Assembly: GCF_004010195.1 (NCBI RefSeq)
Contig: NC_057718.1
Location: forward strand, 105,168,300-105,232,299
From: Chiloscyllium plagiosum
Lineage: Eukaryota
DNA length: 64,000 nt
Reading direction: 5' to 3'
Shown: positions 61,700 through 64,000 of the stretch, one piece after another
Layout: every line of letters starts with the position of its first letter
Numbering within the stretch: position 1 is the first letter of the stretch
Made by a program: the position numbers and the translations under genes
Notes under the pieces: model-generated
The model's input: the letters and a program-made list of their open reading frames with translations, nothing else
What the model was told of the DNA's origin: nothing
Databases searched by the model: none

Positions 61700-63822
61700 A
61701 CCAGTAAGGACAATGGTATTACAGCTGAACGAAGGCAACTGCAGAGGCATGAGGGAGGAGCTGACCAGAACTGACTGGGAGAGGAGCCTAATGGAAAGAC
61801 AGTGGAACAGCAATGGTAGGAGTTTCTCAGAGTAACTAGAGAGACAAAGCAAAAATTCATCCGGAGGAAAAAGAAGCATACAAAAGGGAGGATAAGGCAA
61901 CTATGACTGACCAGGGAAGTCAGGGACAGCATAAAAGCAAAAGAAAAAACATATAACGTGGCAAAGGACAGTGGGAAACCAGAGGATTGGAAAGGTGACA
62001 AAGTCCAACTGAGGACATCGAAGAAAGAAATAAGGACGGAGAAAATTAAATGTGAGGGTAAGCTAGCTGGTAATTTTAGGAAAGACTGTAAGAGTTTCTT
62101 TAGATATACGAAGGTCAAAAGAGAGGCAAAAGTGGACACTAGGCCACTAGAAAATGATGCTGGAGAAGTAGTAATGGGGAACAAAGAAATAGCTGAGGAT
62201 GAGAATAAGCACATTGCACCACATCTTCAGGGTGGAAGATTCAAGTAATAAGCCAAATATTCGAGAGAGTTGGGGGGCAGAGATGAGTATGGTGGCCATC
62301 ATCAAGGAGAAGGTGCTAGAAAAACTGAAAGGTCTAAAAGTGGATAAATCACCTACACCAGATGGGCTACACCCCAGAGTTCTGAGGAGTTAGCTGAAGA
62401 GATGTTCTGGTAGCTTTAGCAGTGATCTTTCAGGTATCACTGGAGTCAGGGAGGGTCCCAGAGGACTGGAAAATTGCTAATGTAATCCCCTGCTTAAGGG
62501 AGTGAGGCAAAATACAGGAAATTACAGGCTGATTAGCCTGAGCTCAGTTGTTGGTAAGATTTGAGTCCATTATGAAGGTTGAGATTTCTGAAGATGTGAA
62601 AGTGCATGGTTTCATCAAGGGGAGGTCATATCTGACAAATCTGTTAGAATTCTTTGAGGAAGTAATGAGCAGGTTAGACCAAGGAGGGCGAGTGGATGTT
62701 ATTTATCTGGACTTCCAGAAGGCCTTTGACAAGGTGCCGCATGGGAGGCTGTGGAGTAAGATAAAGGCCCATGGTGTTAGAGGCCAGGTACTAGCAGGAA
62801 TAGAAGCCTGGCTGTCTGGCAGAGGCAGAGAGTGGGGTTAAAAGAGTCCTTCACAGGATGGAAGCCAGTGACTGGTGGTGTTTCACAAAGGTCTGTGTTG
62901 GGATCACAATGTTTCAATTTATACATTAATGATCTGGATGAAAGAATTGAGGGCATTCTGGCTAAGTTTGCAGATTATACAAAGATAGGTGGAGGGGCAG
63001 GAGGTTGCAGAAAGATTTAGACAGGTTAGGAGAGTTGGCAACAAGTGGCAGATGAAATACGTAGGAAAGTGTGAAGTCATGCACTTTGGTAGGAAGAAGA
63101 GAGGCATGGACTATTTTCTAAATGGGGAGAAAATTCAGAAATCTGAAGTGCAAAGGGACTTGGGACTCCTAGTCCAAGATTCCCTTAAGGTAAACCTGCA
63201 GGTTGAGTCAGTAGTTAGGAAGGCAAATACAATGTTGTAATTTATCTCAAGAGGACTAGAATATAAAAGCAGGATGCTGTTCTGAGGCTTTAAATGTCAT
63301 CTAACCAGAGCCTTATAGAATATTGTGAGCAATTTTAGAGCCCATGCCTCATGAAAACGTATTGGCCCTGGAGTAGGTCGAAAGGAGGTGCACAAGAATG
63401 ATCCCAGGAATGAAAGGCTTAACATGTGAAGAACGTTTAAGGACTCTGGGGGCGCGAGGGATCTGATTGAAACTTCCAGAATATTGAACGGTCTGGACAG
63501 AGTGGACGTTGGGAAGATGTTTCCATTGGTAGGAGGGACGAAGACTCGAGAGAACAGCCTTAGAGTAAAGGGGAGACCATTTAGAATGGGGATAAGGAGA
63601 AACGTCTTTAACCAGAGAGTGGTGAATCTGTGGAATTCATTGCCACAGAAGGCTGTGGAGGCCCCGGTCATGGATTATATTTAAAACAGAGATAGATACA
63701 TTCTTGATTACCAACGGGGAGAAAGCAGGAATGAAAACCTATCAGCCACAACTGAAACATGGAGCAGACTTGATGGGCCGAATGGCCTAATGGCCTAATT
63801 TCTGCTCCTGTCTTATGGTCTT
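61700..63822 (+). mobile_element. CR1 LINE ORF2 remnant with 3' tail
   Basis: KSPTPDGLHPRVL, HGFIKGRSYLTNLLEFFEE, YLDFQKAFDKVPH, KFADYTK and NQRVVNLWNSLPQ, with many frameshifts. Confidence 0.92.
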
Positions 63823-64000
63823 AAACCAAAGTTTAATCTTGGTTTATTACTAGTTCAACTGGTTTCAGCCCAGAATTTACAAAAGGACACTCCCAAGTCA
63901 TTCCAAACCCCATATAGTTAAGAATATGCAGAAGGGATACACTTAAAAATATTTCCTATTCATCGCTATCCAGTTCACCTCCATTCAAAAGAAAAGGTGT

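Overview
Eukaryotic, vertebrate DNA, almost certainly a shark: it carries HE1-type V-SINEs and abundant CR1/HER1-type LINE fragments. The + strand holds the 3' half of VPS54 (GARP complex subunit). I can place 12 coding exons between 1332 and the stop at 46604 with consistent splice phases, one GC-AG intron, and about 100 codons missing, most likely in the 500-N gap at 37794-38293. The - strand holds the last two coding exons of UGP2 (UDP-glucose pyrophosphorylase 2), tail-to-tail with VPS54. Introns and intergenic DNA are mostly decayed CR1, Rex1/Babar and Penelope-like (PLE) retroelements, SINEs and Tigger-like MITEs. The most notable non-genic signal is a set of short PLE-derived insertions. 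They carry minimal hammerhead-ribozyme motifs (CTGANGA-x-stem II-GAAA-palindromic stem III), are flanked by 9-19 bp target-site duplications (TSDs), and often form fold-back palindromes. One appears to have captured about 570 bp of unrelated DNA, and two flank the penultimate VPS54 exon. A minisatellite built from a VPS54 splice donor also forms a 39-bp hairpin. Gene and repeat identities come from my recall of the families, not from database searches.
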